Shown here piece after piece: positions 63,118-64,000 of a stretch of DNA of 64,000 nt (position 1 is the first letter of the stretch; the number at the start of each line of letters is the position of its first letter). The notes below the pieces were generated by a model that made no database searches, was not told the origin of the DNA, and was given only the letters and a program-made list of their open reading frames with translations. This stretch comes from a virus (Duplodnaviria > Heunggongvirae > Uroviricota > Caudoviricetes): the IMG/VR virus record IMGVR_UViG_3300018065_000012, one strand, 5' to 3'. The position numbers and the translations under genes were made by a program.

Positions 63118-63516
63118 ATGTTCGTTTTGCCCAATTCTGAAACCGACGTCTACGGTATGGACCCGATCAATTTTTTCAAACGGGGCGATGAAGTTGCGTA
63201 CCGTGGCGTTGACTTGACAACGTTTTCTGGCGTCGTAACTTTTGTTGATAAGCCGATTCGGAAAATTCATGTTTCGTGGATGGGCAATATCAAACAACAC
63301 GACCCGGAAGAACTGGTTTTGTTCCCGTTTGGTACTGATCAAAAGAATATGGCAGAACGGTATCTGGAACAAACGGTAGGTGAGATAAGCCGTAGAAAAG
63401 AAAGAATGGGTTCAGATAGAAGCTACAAAGAGTCTTTTACCAAAGATGTTTTTCAACGTAAGATGTCGCTTGAGTTGGCGTTAGTTGCAAAGATGATTGA
63501 TGATATGAACTATTGA
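63118..63516 (+). CDS. hypothetical protein
   Basis: 132-aa ORF. Confidence 0.5.
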   Translation: MFVLPNSETDVYGMDPINFFKRGDEVAYRGVDLTTFSGVVTFVDKPIRKIHVSWMGNIKQHDPEELVLFPFGTDQKNMAERYLEQTVGEISRRKERMGSDRSYKESFTKDVFQRKMSLELALVAKMIDDMNY

Positions 63517-63529
63517 AAAGGAGATTGCT

Positions 63530-64000
63530 ATGAGAACAGTTTTGGTTGTGGCGTTTTTAATTTCATCGGTACTTATGATTGGTTGTGAAGCTCCCAATTT
63601 GGGCGGTTTGAATGTTCAAGGTTCTGCAATCAATGGTGGTGGTCAAGTGACCGTTGCTGCTATTCTTGACAACCGGCCTATATCAGATGTCCCCAAGGAC
63701 ATCGCACAAATCAAGGAGATTGTAAAAGAGATTCGTAAGTTCCTTGAAACGGGAAAAGTTTCTGACCTGACAATGGGCGAATTCAAAAACGCAATTGACA
63801 AACTCATTCCAGTTCAGTACCGGCCATACTTCAACGGTATTCTCGCAGCAGTGAGTAATATCACCGTTCCAACGGACAAGATTGGACCGGACAATCTATA
63901 TCGTATTAAAGAAGCCTTGGACGGCATTGACTATCGCGTGAACCGTTATAACATCGACTACCATCCCCCCATGACGGAACTTCAAGAACGGGGCTTTGGG
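63530..64000 (+). CDS. putative lipoprotein (partial, runs off window)
   Basis: aaaggag SD; signal peptide with LMIGC lipobox. Confidence 0.45.
   Translation, partial: MRTVLVVAFLISSVLMIGCEAPNLGGLNVQGSAINGGGQVTVAAILDNRPISDVPKDIAQIKEIVKEIRKFLETGKVSDLTMGEFKNAIDKLIPVQYRPYFNGILAAVSNITVPTDKIGPDNLYRIKEALDGIDYRVNRYNIDYHPPMTELQERGFG

Noticed and set aside
1-64000. tRNA genes, integrase/attachment sites, transposases
   Set aside because: No cloverleaf-compatible GTTC-containing candidates in any intergenic gap and no recombinase-like ORFs. By-eye tRNA detection is unreliable, so absence is tentative.

Overview
This 64-kb window looks like one co-directionally transcribed segment of a large tailed-phage genome, possibly a jumbo phage. 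Coding density is very high, almost every gene is on the + strand, and many genes have Shine-Dalgarno-like ribosome-binding sites. Average GC is about 42%. The only convincing minus-strand gene is a small XRE-family helix-turn-helix regulator at 55.3-55.7 kb. I found no tRNA, rRNA, CRISPR array or integrase/transposase.

The window has three parts. (1) From 0.1 to 16.4 kb there is a dense tandem array of roughly 28 small genes. Their products share a conserved N-terminal amphipathic helix, (M)ENKK[IV]AxELLK[IL]AKxL, followed by unrelated C-terminal parts. Four more family members sit inside the head-morphogenesis module at 50.8-53.9 kb. The array shows fresh duplication: near-identical 5' DNA repeats and an in-frame deletion remnant of one copy. 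In two members the helix is fused to an enzyme, a CCA-adding tRNA nucleotidyltransferase and a phosphatidylserine-decarboxylase-like pyruvoyl domain. The A-x-E↓LLK pattern resembles T4 and phiKZ capsid-targeting/prohead-protease sites. I propose this as a previously undescribed, diversifying family of packaged or ejected proteins. The alternative is a portable interaction helix, because the motif also occurs at C-termini.

(2) From 16.8 to 39 kb is an accessory-enzyme region. It holds a Pol-beta-type nucleotidyltransferase, two metallophosphoesterases and a third one disrupted by a frameshift, an SMC/Rad50-like C-terminal ATPase fragment, a MoxR-like AAA+ ATPase, and a distant metallopeptidase-VWA partner. 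It also holds a candidate DNA-modification cluster: two tandem ParB-like paralogs, a GT-A glycosyltransferase, a PIG-L/LmbE deacetylase, an SplB-like radical SAM enzyme, two unknown proteins of about 355 aa, and a DnaJ-type zinc-finger protein. The region ends with a KOW-domain protein and a protein carrying two sigma-70 region-4-like HTH repeats, a likely late-gene activator.

(3) From 39 to 59.5 kb is a head/packaging module. In order it contains a TerS candidate, TerL, the portal, a 768-aa Lys/Glu-rich protein, an S78-like prohead-protease candidate, an acidic scaffold protein with tandem repeats, a decoration-like protein, and the major capsid protein. The decoration and capsid genes sit on a distinctly GC-rich island (about 54-56%) that ends in a strong bidirectional terminator. 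Class III anaerobic RNR genes nrdD/nrdG follow after a long leader.

Two recurring intergenic motifs stand out. GGTTGTATAATA, an early/middle promoter-like element, occurs at five sites. GCATAATTTTTTTATATTT, a late-promoter-like element, occurs at about seven sites. All functional calls come from motif reading by eye, not from database searches.
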